Below are positions 1 to 11,485 of a stretch of DNA of 52,845 nt, piece after piece. Position 1 is the first letter of the stretch. Every line of letters begins with the position of its first letter. Under the pieces are notes generated by a model. That model made no database searches. It was not told where the DNA came from and saw only the letters and a list, made by a program, of their open reading frames with translations. The position numbers were made by a program, and so were the translations under genes. Source of the DNA: Octopus bimaculoides (taxonomy: Eukaryota); assembly GCF_001194135.2 (NCBI RefSeq), contig NC_068990.1, positions 9,674,618 through 9,727,462 of the forward strand, in the 5' to 3' direction.

Positions 1-582
1 ATATATATATATATAATGTATATATATGTATGCATGTATATTTAGAGGGAGAGAGTGTGAGGAAAAGAAAGGATGCAGTGCTGATATACACATTGATAGA
101 AAGGAATTTATATAATTTTATTGGTAGATTTTCTGATAAACTGAACATGTTGATAAAAGAAGAAAAAAATATCAATTGATTTTCAATATCGAATCTTTCT
201 AATAACGATAGACTACTCGAACAATTTCTGGCAGTTTACGTAATGTCATTGTTTTCATTCTATGATAGTTGTGGTCTGCTGCTTGTGGTATCGTTTATGT
301 CATGGAAAATCTTGTCGTTTTCCAATTGTATTTTTATTGCACCTCTTGTGTTTCTATCATTTTATTGTTATATTTAAAAAAAAAATAATATCGAATTTTT
401 TTACTAGCACAAAGCAAAATGCTGATGGAGAAAGGAAATGTCGATGGTAAACATTGACCTGTTATAGTACTGTCGTATATTGATTCTTATGATTAGGGCG
501 TGAGGTGGAACGAAATCTACCCTGCAAACATTTGAATTTAAAACCTGGGCAATAACTGGAATATTTTATGGAGTATTTGCTG

Positions 583-615
583 TTTCATTATTTTCATTAT
601 TTTCATTATTTTCAA
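583..615. repeat. 9-bp tandem repeat (TTTCATTAT)x3.5
   Basis: Units at 583-591, 592-600 and 601-609 plus a partial unit, read directly. Confidence 0.85.
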
Positions 616-1222
616 TAATATCCTAGTACACACACACACACAGAGACATTTATTTCTGTGTGTATATGTACATACATACATACATATCTATATATATATA
701 TGTGTGCATGCATATATGTTTGTGTGAGGTCGACTGTGGTGAATACTCTATTTTTCAGATGATTGCCATCTCTCTGCTCGTCTCTCTGTTGTCAGTGGCA
801 TTTTTATAATTTTGACTACGACTTCTTATATGACTATTCCGTCTAGCTGCAAATCTGAATATTTTGAAGCATAGGTGTGAGACGAAAAAACTGTAACTTC
901 AGCGGATTGATTGGATCACTTTGTGAAGCATGATCAAGTCTTATCAAATACTACACACGTTGAAACATCTGGTCTAGAAGAAAGTACAATGCGTATAGTT
1001 GATCTTTCATGGGATTTTAGATGGTTAACATATGTAGCACTGGAAGAGAGTACAGGGCAACAGTTTCATGCTTTCGATTATACAACTGCAGTTGTCAAAC
1101 AGCACACACGCGCACACAGGCAGTCACAAACACATACATGTACGCGCCGGCACATACAAACACACACACATACACCCCCCCCCATATATATATGTATGTA
1201 TATATATATATATATATATATA

Positions 1223-1721
1223 NNNNNNNNNNNNNNNNNNNNNNNNNNNNNNNNNNNNNNNNNNNNNNNNNNNNNNNNNNNNNNNNNNNNNNNNNNNNNN
1301 NNNNNNNNNNNNNNNNNNNNNNNNNNNNNNNNNNNNNNNNNNNNNNNNNNNNNNNNNNNNNNNNNNNNNNNNNNNNNNNNNNNNNNNNNNNNNNNNNNNN
1401 NNNNNNNNNNNNNNNNNNNNNNNNNNNNNNNNNNNNNNNNNNNNNNNNNNNNNNNNNNNNNNNNNNNNNNNNNNNNNNNNNNNNNNNNNNNNNNNNNNNN
1501 NNNNNNNNNNNNNNNNNNNNNNNNNNNNNNNNNNNNNNNNNNNNNNNNNNNNNNNNNNNNNNNNNNNNNNNNNNNNNNNNNNNNNNNNNNNNNNNNNNNN
1601 NNNNNNNNNNNNNNNNNNNNNNNNNNNNNNNNNNNNNNNNNNNNNNNNNNNNNNNNNNNNNNNNNNNNNNNNNNNNNNNNNNNNNNNNNNNNNNNNNNNN
1701 NNNNNNNNNNNNNNNNNNNNN
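1223..1721. other. Assembly gap; other gaps at 3306-3600, 5056-5419, 16666-16908, 19872-20137, 29144-29216, 40659-41469 and 49804-50320
   Basis: Runs of N, most flanked by (AT)n, (CA)n, (CT)n or trinucleotide microsatellites. Confidence 0.99.
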
Positions 1722-1722
1722 G

Positions 1723-1745
<23 letters not shown>

Positions 1746-1759
<14 letters not shown>

Positions 1760-1966
1760 TTGTGTGTCTGTGTTTGTTCCCCTAGCATTGCTTGACAACC
1801 GATGCTGGTGTGTTTATGTCCCCGTCACTTAGCGGTTCGGCAAAAGACACCGATAGAATAAGTACTAGGCTTACAAAGAACAAGTCCCGGGGTCGATTTG
1901 CTCGACTAAAGGTGGTGCTCCAGCATGGCCGCAGTCAAATGACTGAAACAAGTAAAAGAAAAAGAA
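1746..1966 (+). mobile_element. SINE family A, 3' half (octopus-type tRNA-derived SINE)
   Basis: TTGCTTGACAACCGATGCTGGTGTGTTT...TTAGCGGTTCGGCAAAAGA...GGGGTCGATTTGCTCGACTAAAGG...CAGCATGGCCGCAGTCAAATGACTGAAACAAGTAAAAGA. Related copies at 3984-4150, 4190-4520 (-) and 50334-50643. Confidence 0.85.
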
Positions 1967-1984
1967 TATATATGTGTGTGTGTT

Positions 1985-2305
1985 TGCAGAAAATATTCCA
2001 TAAATATTGCACAAATGATTTTGTCATCACCTTTAAGATGGCAAAATCCAAGACTTGGGCCCTCTGCTATTTGCTCACAACATAAATCACACTTGCATTT
2101 CATCAGAACAATTTGGCAAAATTATTTCACCTCAGTTGCCACTGCTCTCTGTAGTATTACACCAAAACATATTAAAGTAGAAAAAAGCCCCATAAAGTTC
2201 AACTTCAAGAAGACTTTGGACAAATTCTTTCAAAGAATCCCGGATAAAGCTCCTACACCCGCATATGTGTCCGTTAGCAATAACCCTGTACTTGAGTGGG
2301 CCCGT
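1985..2305 (+). pseudogene. LINE ORF2 C-terminal fragment (CR1/L2-like)
   Basis: Translation ...PRLGPSAICSQHKSHLHFIRTIWQNYFTSVATALCSITPKHIK...FKKTLDKFFQRIPDKAPTPAYVSVSNNPVLEWA resembles the invertebrate CR1/L2 terminal pattern FKxxLDKFLxxIPDxPxxxxY...NSLLEW. Confidence 0.7.
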
Positions 2306-3637
2306 CATCGTTCTCAGAAATCATTGCTCGATATAGCAGAACATATTTGCACAAATTACCGCATAGTGGGCTTGAAACAGACAGCATGTTATGTTTCATG
2401 GCATGCTTGTGCACACGGGCTTACGCACACATGCACACATGTGTACGTGTGTGTTCTGGTTTTAGATAGAATGTATCGTTTTAGGTGAGTGGATTTCGTC
2501 TTGTACAAATTTCATGTAAGTTTCTGCAACTGGAAATATTAATACGTGTGCAAAGTTGATTTGTTAAGAGTAAATCCATTTTCCCAACAAAATTTGCATA
2601 CTTCCATCACATCTAAGGAGACTTTTCTCAGGAGATTTTTCTCCATATGAAGGGGTCTCTCTCTAAGGAGACTTTTCTAAGTATGAAAGTAGTGCACTAT
2701 AAAGATTACAAAAAACTGGAGCTAACAAACCGTGTTTGCTAATTATCTAATACAGTTAAAATAAGTGTTTAGAAATGAATAATTTATTGTTTTCTTTATG
2801 TAATTTACTTCCTTCAGAAGAATTTTCATATTGCGTTCTTCTGCGTCAATTACTTAAAGTTTAATTAAAACTGATTGCAAGATATGTATTATTTTTAATT
2901 TACATATTGATTTCAGTCGCTCAATTTCTATGATGCGGGCTCACGCGATTATATCACCAGTATAATTATTTCAGCATGTTACTGTTTCGATTCTTATTCA
3001 ATTAAGTAATCTATAAGTTATGCTTTGATCCCAAGAGGCATTACATAGCACAAAGGTTCACGCCAAAACATAAATATCATAGTTAGGAACAAAAAAAAAA
3101 AACCGCACGCAATTTCTCCCGCCACACAAACATACGTGAACATTCACACATACTCCTGACTATATATGTGTGTCTGTGTGTATATATGTATGTATGTTTG
3201 TATATATATATATATATATATATATATTCCGTTTATATATTATTGGCTCAACTGGCAATATGACCATCCCCAAGTACAACAACATGTATATATATATATA
3301 TATATNNNNNNNNNNNNNNNNNNNNNNNNNNNNNNNNNNNNNNNNNNNNNNNNNNNNNNNNNNNNNNNNNNNNNNNNNNNNNNNNNNNNNNNNNNNNNNN
3401 NNNNNNNNNNNNNNNNNNNNNNNNNNNNNNNNNNNNNNNNNNNNNNNNNNNNNNNNNNNNNNNNNNNNNNNNNNNNNNNNNNNNNNNNNNNNNNNNNNNN
3501 NNNNNNNNNNNNNNNNNNNNNNNNNNNNNNNNNNNNNNNNNNNNNNNNNNNNNNNNNNNNNNNNNNNNNNNNNNNNNNNNNNNNNNNNNNNNNNNNNNNN
3601 ATATATATATATATAGGCGTCAATATATGTATATATA

Positions 3638-3717
3638 GGCGCAGGAGTGGCTGTGTGGTAAGAAGCTTGCTTCTCAACCACATGGCTCATGATTCCGGGT
3701 TCAGTCTTCTACTATAG
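3638..3717 (+). mobile_element. SINE family A, tRNA-like 5' head with an internal deletion
   Basis: GGCGCAGGAGTGGCTGTGTGGTAAG (A-box-like)...CCGGGTTCAGTC (B-box-like), joined directly to TTCTACTATAG. Confidence 0.75.
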
Positions 3718-3983
3718 TTTTGGGCTATTTCTTCAATAGAACAATGCAGTACTGCGCGCTTTATGTCCGTCCGTCTGTCTGTCTGTCTGTCTGTCTGTCT
3801 ACCCGTTTGTCTGTCTGTCTAGTTATCTACTTATATATATCTACAAACATACACACATATATATAAATATATGTGTGTGTGTATATATGTATGTGTATAT
3901 ATGTATGAATACATACATATACATGTATATATATATCAATATATAACTATCTGTGTCTGTGTGTGTGTCTTTGTGTATGTGTA

Positions 3984-4150
3984 TGTCTCTCACCACCACT
4001 TGGAAACAGGTGCATTTTTCACCCTTCCGTAACACAGCGGTTCGGAAAAAGAGAGTGATAAAAGAAATACCAAGCTTAATAAATAAATAAATAAGTGCTG
4101 GGGTAGATTTGCACGACTAAACTCTTCAAGGAACTGAAAAATGCAAAAAG
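3984..4150 (+). mobile_element. SINE family A, diverged 3' part
   Basis: CAGCGGTTCGGAAAAAGAGAG...GCTGGGGTAGATTTGCACGACTAAA, homologous to 1820-1910. Confidence 0.65.
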
Positions 4151-4189
4151 TAAGATCTCTCTCTCTCTCCCTATATATCTTTTATCTTC

Positions 4190-4520
4190 CACCTATTTCA
4201 GTCATTTGTTTAGGGCCATTTAGTGGTTTAGCAGAACAAATCGACCCCATGACACATTTCTGAAGCCTAGGACCTATTCTGTCGGGTCTCTTTTGTCTCT
4301 CGGTTACTGCGACATAAACACAACAACAATAGTTGTCAAATGGTAATGGGGAAGAAACACAGAAGCAAACACCCTCCCACACACACATACACACTATACA
4401 TATATATACGACTGGATTCTTTCAGTTTACGTGAAAAAAGTCCGCTCACAAGTCTCTGTTCGGCCCGTGGCTATAGGAGAGAACACTTGACGAAGGTGCG
4501 ACACAGTGGGTCTGTATCCG
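4190..4520 (-). mobile_element. SINE family A, diverged near-full copy
   Basis: Reverse complement carries CGGATACAGACCCACTGTGTCGCACCTTCGTCAAGTG, GAAAGAATCCAGTCGTATAT, TTGACAACTATTG and GGGGTCGATTTG, collinear with the other family-A copies. Confidence 0.75.
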
Positions 4521-4640
4521 GTCGCACCTTCATCAAGTGTTCTCTGCTATAGACACGGGCCGAACAGAGACTTGCGAGCGGATTTGTTTCAGAGAAACTG
4601 AAAGAATCCTGTCGTATATATGTGTAGTGCGTGTGTGTGT
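4381..4640. repeat. Inverted repeat (fold-back) made of SINE A sequence; core arms 4401-4502 and 4521-4622, 18-nt loop
   Basis: Reverse complement of 4401-4502 matches 4521-4622 with about 11 mismatches in 102 nt. Confidence 0.9.
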
Positions 4641-4664
4641 GCCGATGTGTCTTTGTGTGTGTGC

Positions 4665-4700
<36 letters not shown>

Positions 4701-4702
<2 letters not shown>

Positions 4703-4894
4703 GAGAATGTACGAAAAAACAACAACAGACGAGGACAGGTGGTGTAAATAACAAAAGGATGTATTAGTATGACGCTCAGGAATACGGAAAGTTCTTGACG
4801 TTTCGAGCTACGCTGTTCAACAGAAAGGATACGGAGACAAGGAGAAAAACACGGAGAAAAAAAATTGAATAGTGTTCAGTCAACGGTCAATCAT
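4701..4894 (-). mobile_element. Short interspersed repeat containing a hammerhead-like motif (probably PLE-derived)
   Basis: Minus strand 4826-4794 reads TTT-CTGTTGA-A-CAGC-GTA-GCTC-GAAA-CG-TC-AAG. Family assignment is from memory. Confidence 0.5.
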
Positions 4895-5419
4895 AATAAC
4901 GTATATATTCACACACGCACACACACACACACACATTTGTATTAATACATTTGTATTGAAATATTTTTCTTCTTCACTGTTCTCAGTTCCGTTAACGACT
5001 TGGCGTTCGGGCGAGTATACTTGGCATTGATGTAGCAACATTTGAAATGTTGTCTNNNNNNNNNNNNNNNNNNNNNNNNNNNNNNNNNNNNNNNNNNNNN
5101 NNNNNNNNNNNNNNNNNNNNNNNNNNNNNNNNNNNNNNNNNNNNNNNNNNNNNNNNNNNNNNNNNNNNNNNNNNNNNNNNNNNNNNNNNNNNNNNNNNNN
5201 NNNNNNNNNNNNNNNNNNNNNNNNNNNNNNNNNNNNNNNNNNNNNNNNNNNNNNNNNNNNNNNNNNNNNNNNNNNNNNNNNNNNNNNNNNNNNNNNNNNN
5301 NNNNNNNNNNNNNNNNNNNNNNNNNNNNNNNNNNNNNNNNNNNNNNNNNNNNNNNNNNNNNNNNNNNNNNNNNNNNNNNNNNNNNNNNNNNNNNNNNNNN
5401 NNNNNNNNNNNNNNNNNNN

Positions 5420-5454
<35 letters not shown>

Positions 5455-5808
5455 TAAAACAATTTGTCCACTGATTTTAACATTAAAATGCTACTAAAAC
5501 CAAAATATGAAAGGAAATAATCTGGTTACTCTAAATATGATGCCATGATAGACGATGGAGACAGGTAAAAGCCGTATGAATTAAATTAGTTATTGTGTGT
5601 TGTTTCATATAAAAATATTCTAAGGTGAGACACATGATACTACCGACCTGATACATTCGCCATTTCTCTGTAACATCATATTTTTCCTACTTAAGTGACA
5701 ATAATAAAGCATACATACATTTACGCATATCTCAATTGGTGTATTTTTTCTAAGTTATTCATGTTAATAGTCAGAATTACTTGTATATTTGTCCCTGCAT
5801 CTATTTCC

Positions 5809-5840
<32 letters not shown>

Positions 5841-6235
5841 GTTGTTGTAGATGTGCGTATATGAATATGTATGTGTGTGCATATACCTGTGCCAGTATGT
5901 TTCGTGGAATGTGCGCGTATATGATTTATAGGAATTAGTCATGCGTGAATCGCGATCATATACATACATGAATAGATACATATATATACACATACATACA
6001 TAATTCAGACATACATATATACTGCATACAGAAATGTTTCAATGCATCTTTATGATGCAATCGAATACATACACTGAGACTGATACACTCACATAAGTGC
6101 ATACACACACACACACACACACACGCACACACACACATGAACGTGGGTTTCACTTTTTTCTGTTTATTTTTAGAATTGCATTTCTAATAAAGTAGAAATA
6201 TTGCAATATAGTTTCAACTCAATATATTGTCTTTC

Positions 6236-6236
6236 G

Positions 6237-6288
<52 letters not shown>

Positions 6289-6395
6289 TACACATACACA
6301 GACAGACAGATACACAGAAAGAGACACACACACTGACACATGTATATACATGCACACAAACGTAAGCATACACAGACACACACACAAGCACACAA
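6236..6395. repeat. (CA)n-rich microsatellite; similar tracts at 21505-21680 (ATAC/CA), 22478-22541 (AT), 27853-27982 (TG), 35150-35245, 49735-49803 and 50646-50730
   Basis: Read directly. Confidence 0.95.
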
Positions 6396-7005
6396 AAATC
6401 TATATTTTCTGACTATATTTTATTTCTATAATTTCGATTTTGGAAATATTCAAGTAAAATCCTATCTTCTTTTATAAATGTTATTTTGCGGCCAGCTATT
6501 TGTATTCCAATATCGAGCCGGCATTCCGATGTCACTTTTTTCACGAAAATTTTGAAAACGAATATAAATCACCGAAAATACATCCCAAGACATGTTTATA
6601 TATTACAACATTCGTGCTTTTATTCGGAAATGATGAGGCTTTATATTATTCTTTAATATTTTGGTTTTATAGCTTAACGATATCAGGCAAATTATGCTCT
6701 TGCCAAATATTTTCATTTCATGATTTCCATAATATCCTTTTATGTTGAAATTAATTCTGGATTCATTGTGATCGGAGTTAAAATTGAGGAATAATTTCCT
6801 TATGAAGCAGCATTGGTGGAAGTTTTAAACTGGAATAACCCATTCAGATTTCCACTATAGTGTCTTCACTGCGCCGTAAGGGTTACTATATTAACCTTAT
6901 AGGTTAGTCATTATTAGTCTGAAATTAAAATGCTTCAATACCTCAATGTACCATTCTATGTGTTCTATAATGAAAAGATCTATGAATTAATATTTTCCAA
7001 ATGTA

Positions 7006-7212
7006 GGCATTGACCTGGCAGAACTGTTAGCATGCCGGACACGATGCTTAGCGGCGTTTTGTTTGTATAGTTCTGAGTTCAAATTCCGCCGAGGTTGACT
7101 TTGAATTTCATCTTCCTCTGCGATAAAATAAATATCCCTCAAGCTCAGGGATGGATGTAGTCAACTAGCACCCTTTCGCGAACTTTCTGGCCTTACACAA
7201 AAATTTGAAAAG
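7006..7212 (+). mobile_element. SINE family B (tRNA-derived)
   Basis: TGACCTGGCAGAACTGTTAGC (A-box-like)...GAGTTCAAATTCCGCCGAGGTTGACTTTG (B-box). Homologous to 46637-46846 (+) and 26495-26694 (-). Confidence 0.8.
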
Positions 7213-8124
7213 AATATTTTCCAAATGTGACTTTCTCATTTAATTGCTCGAAATCTAGCACATCTAAGACCGCTGTATGTATTTCTTTTCTAATTAAATT
7301 TGAGTATAAAGTGCATTTCGCTTCTCTTTTTAGTAAATCGGATGACAGTGTATATTTACTCTTATTGACAATATTCTGCCATGCGATTGCGCTACGTTAC
7401 TCAAAGAAATTTGGATTAGTAGAAGCAGTGGAGAACGAAACTAAACATTTTACGAGTTCAAATCCTGCCGGAACAGAACATGTGGGGGAGGAATACAAGT
7501 GTCTTTTTCTAAAATGTGTGCTTGATTTCTCTGGAAATTTATACGCATGTCAAGTTCATTCTTATCCTCTATGCTAGGGCACAACTTTTTTTTCCCCTTC
7601 ATCCAACTTCTGTAGCGTACTTCCAGCATAGAATTGAATCAATTTTATGCATTTTACGTATAAATACACATATAAATTAGGATACACAGAAGTATAAATT
7701 ATTAGTTTCTAAGTACGTTTGACGATTGCAGTTATATGGATCTTAGCATTGAATGTTCCAAGTGCATTTTGATGCCTATCCGTAATGGATAATCGAGAGG
7801 ACCCTTTACTGCATTCTGTAACAGTGATAGAATATTTGAAGTCAGGCACATGGTGGAATACTTTGTAAGTATTTATAGAAGGAAGTCGACATAAATCAGG
7901 TGGTGCAGAGAGAATAGGGAGAAGGAAAAGCCTGATCAAAGTAGAAGTAACCAAGACCAAAAGTAAAAGTTTATTAGTAAATAAATAAAATACACAAAAA
8001 TTACATTATAGTAAGTATACGTGTATATATATGCACACACGCGCACGCGCACGCGCGCACACATACACTCAGATACACACACACAATGTATTCAAAATTA
8101 AATGAAACATATATACAAAGGGGT

Positions 8125-8205
8125 CAGTTGAAAAAAGAAGTTGAATAATAATAGTAATCTATGAGGACAGTCGAAAAATAAGTTGAATAATAATAGAAAT
8201 CTATG
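8125..8205. repeat. Local tandem duplication, ~40-bp unit x2
   Basis: CAGTTGAAAAAAGAAGTTGAATAATAATAGTAATCTATG versus CAGTCGAAAAATAAGTTGAATAATAATAGAAATCTATG. Confidence 0.8.
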
Positions 8206-8679
8206 TAGAGCTCCAACTCATACAGCAGGAGTCGTATATCTAGTTGTAAACACAAGATATTTTTGTTAGTTATATATAAACTACTCATCTATGGCCGCAA
8301 ATATTTTGTCATATTTATGGCTGTTACAAATTACTATATCATTTTTGCTTATATCTGTTACATAATATGATGATGTCTGTACATGTATGTGCTTTTGTAG
8401 CATCGTTTTTTACAGGATATTTATAATAAACTCTCTTGTTCAAATTGATAGTATATTGATTGTTATCGAAATTAGGAACAAATCACAACGACAGTATTTT
8501 CCAAAGTGATATATTAGCAGATAATGTATCAAGAAATATGTTGTCAATGAAATATTAGGAAAGGAGAGACGTCTGTTCTAGTATAAAATACATTTTTGCA
8601 TTTATCTTCAAATATTGATTTTTTCTGTAAACACAGAAATTTTGGGGTAGGCTTATAGCTGATGTTATTGAATCAGCAA

Positions 8680-8815
8680 TTGATTGATATTTTATATTAT
8701 CCACACCAGTACTTGACAAATACTTTACTCGATCTGCCAGAGAAGGATAAAATGTAAAGTTGATCTCAACGGGATTTAGCCGGAGAAATTAAAACACTTA
8801 AGATAAATGCAAATT
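8680..8815 (-). mobile_element. SINE family B, highly diverged
   Basis: CCAGTACTTGACAAATACTTTACTCGATC...GGATAAAATGTAAAGTTGATCTCAACGGGATTT aligns with the minus-strand family-B copy at 26540-26630. Confidence 0.45.
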
Positions 8816-9968
8816 CTGTCTAGCTCTATCTGAAACTTATCTAATGATTTAGTTGTTATTCAATGCCAGTTCTTTTATAATCAATAAATGTTCCACATTT
8901 ATTTGATTTAATTCAAGAATCAAATTTTATTTTTTAAGAATTCTGACTGTGTATTGAACAGTTAGTATTTGTTTCGAATAAATAATCCCATTCATATCTA
9001 GCAACTGAATGTTCTTATTGTTATTCTATTATTTGCATTTTACAGTTAATTTAAAAACTAACTGAAATAGTAACGTTATTTGAACTCCCAACTGAACCAA
9101 CCACAACATATATTTTCTTAATAATCAGATACCTAATAAGACAATAATTTATTTTACTTCAAAATGAACTATGTTTTTACTTTTCGTATCACATTTAAAT
9201 CTTATGCCTAAATGACAACAATAATAATCTCGTACATTCACAACGAGGCGCATATGTCCGAATAATTGAACTTTCTTTCTTGACGAGTATGAAATAGTTT
9301 AAAAAAGATTCTAAATTTTGAATTTATTTTTCAGTTCGAATAAATTTGGTGTCCATTTCTTTCAAATAAAAATCTATAATTGTATTTGCAAATGGGTTAT
9401 ATCGATACAGTAATGTGTTTTTCATGAATGCACAAATCCTGCAGGGAATCGATTAACCTGTTTTTCACATATTTTAAGTTATTAGTCACAAGTTTTAGAT
9501 ATGCAATAAAAGTAAATATTTAAACCAACGTAAATGACTGGTTGTATAGACTATGCTAATTAATGGTTAATTTTCAAATTTTTCTTCTTGTTAGTAGAGA
9601 GGAATCATACAAAGATATGATTTTATGACCTTTAGTACCGTATGCTAAAGTGAAATTCTCACATTCACAAACTATATCATAAAAACTGTACATATCACCA
9701 AACCTTTTCAAACACCAACACATTGAATCAACTAATGAAGAAACGTTATTATTATTATTATTATTTCTTATTATCTAGCAGCGGTTACATCCTTCAAGAA
9801 TAAGATACAATACAGTGTACAGTTAAAAACTCTAATTAAAATTTCCTTTCTTTTTGCAATGCTTCATAGAAAAAGTCGCTAACTGATGCATAATCTTTGC
9901 ACTGCAGGTTTGGTTTGCGACTGGAGATTTTTGAGAATAATGTACGCTTAAGTTACGAGTAGAAAATA

Positions 9969-11485
9969 CACTGAGCCGTAAAGGAAACACGAGACGTGTG
10001 TGACTGTGAAATATGTTTTAATTTCATTATGTTAGAGGTAAAGTTTGATAATTGTGATAAAGTCAATTTCTTAGATGCGCTTTAACCACAGTCTATGGGT
10101 CGTTGTCATATGTTCTGGTAGTGGGCAGATCCAGCACATCGAGGAGAACATCAGCTATAGGGCGCGATATGTTCAATACCTTGTATTCTTTCCCTGGGTG
10201 TTTAGAACGGCCAGACACCGTTGGTACATGGAGCGCATGAGGCGGGTCACAAAAGCCATTAGCACCTGTGCTCACACCCTCCGGAAAGCTGCCTCTAGTT
10301 CCACAGGAGTTATAGGCCTTGAGATCTACTGGTTTAGCCGTCACTGGATTTCATCCCACAGGTATTCAATAGGGTTCAAATCCGGGCTGAGAGCGTGCTA
10401 CGGCATGGATCTAATATTGTGCTGACGCAGGACGTCCATGGTCAACCTGGCCATGTGGGAAGTAGCATTGTCCTGCTTGAACACGTGGGTGTGGTGACGC
10501 GCGAAGAAGGGCATCATGTGAAGTTTTGGGATCTCGTCAACGTAGCGCTGCGCAGTGATGACATTCCTTCTGCCTGTGCTAACATTTTCGAACATATGGG
10601 GCCCAATTCTCTGATTCAGGCCGAGAACACTCCAAACCATGATGCTTTGTCCACACCACACGTCTCTCCCAATGACACATGAGTCTCTGTAGCGTTCACC
10701 CCCTCCTACGCCACACCTTCGCTCTGCCATCCGAGGTGGAAACGCAGTACCAGCTCTCGTCAGAGGCTATTGACTTCCATTGTTGATGCCACCAATCTCG
10801 GTGCTGTATAGCCACTGTAGTCATGCCTGGCGGTGGCAGGTGGTGAGGACAGCCCCTTGAGCAGTACGACAGCAACGCAGGTTGTTGGCGGCCAATCGAC
10901 CTCGTACCGTGTCGTCTCTGATGGGTCGCTGTCCAGTGCCATAAGTCTCGCGAGCTGTCACGGTCGCCGGTCTGCAGATAGATGGAGCGGTCCTGCTTCT
11001 GCGTGGTCACCCGGAGGCGTCCTCTGCAAGCACGGTCTGCAATGCTTTTGGTGTTGCTGTATCGCTGTTGCAGGTGATAGATCGTGCTGATATGGACATT
11101 GTAAGCTTTCACAACAACCAGGGCACGCTCTCCAGCATGAAATCGTCTGATAGCTTGTTGCTTGTTCTCTCTGTGCTGCTGATGTGTCCAAATTACGAAT
11201 GCCAGGAACGTGGTTCAAGTTGATTTTTATGTCCATAACCTCCACAAGATGCACGTAAATTTCCATTTTCATGACAATTGTTTGCCACAGCCACCTACTG
11301 CATTCAACGCAGCTGCGTTTTGGCGTCTCGTTACAAGGAAAGTTGAAAAGTTACCTATAATTTGGGTCTCAGCAATAAATCAGCATATCTTGGAATATTT
11401 ACAGTTACATCTCCGGAATAAGTTTTCAGAATTTACCAAATAAAAATGACATTTGCAAAAATCGCGTTTCTTTTCTGGTTCAGTG
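9969..11485 (-). mobile_element. Full-length decayed Tc1 DNA transposon (~1.5 kb)
   Basis: 24-bp imperfect TIRs, CACTGAGCCGTAAAGGAAACACGA (9969-9992) and CACTGAACCAGAAAAGAAACGCGA (reverse complement of 11462-11485), 19/24 identical. TA on both outer sides (9967-8, 11486-7). Encloses a transposase pseudogene. Confidence 0.9.
10173..11190 (-). pseudogene. Tc1 DD34E transposase pseudogene
   Basis: N-terminal HTH-like QAIRRFHAGERALVVVKAYNVHISTIYHLQQRY and GRLRVTT. Catalytic motifs SDES (D at 10759-61), FKQDNA (D at 10470-72) and SPDLNPIEYLW (E at 10365-67), with 34 residues between the second D and E. Several stops and frameshifts. Confidence 0.92.
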
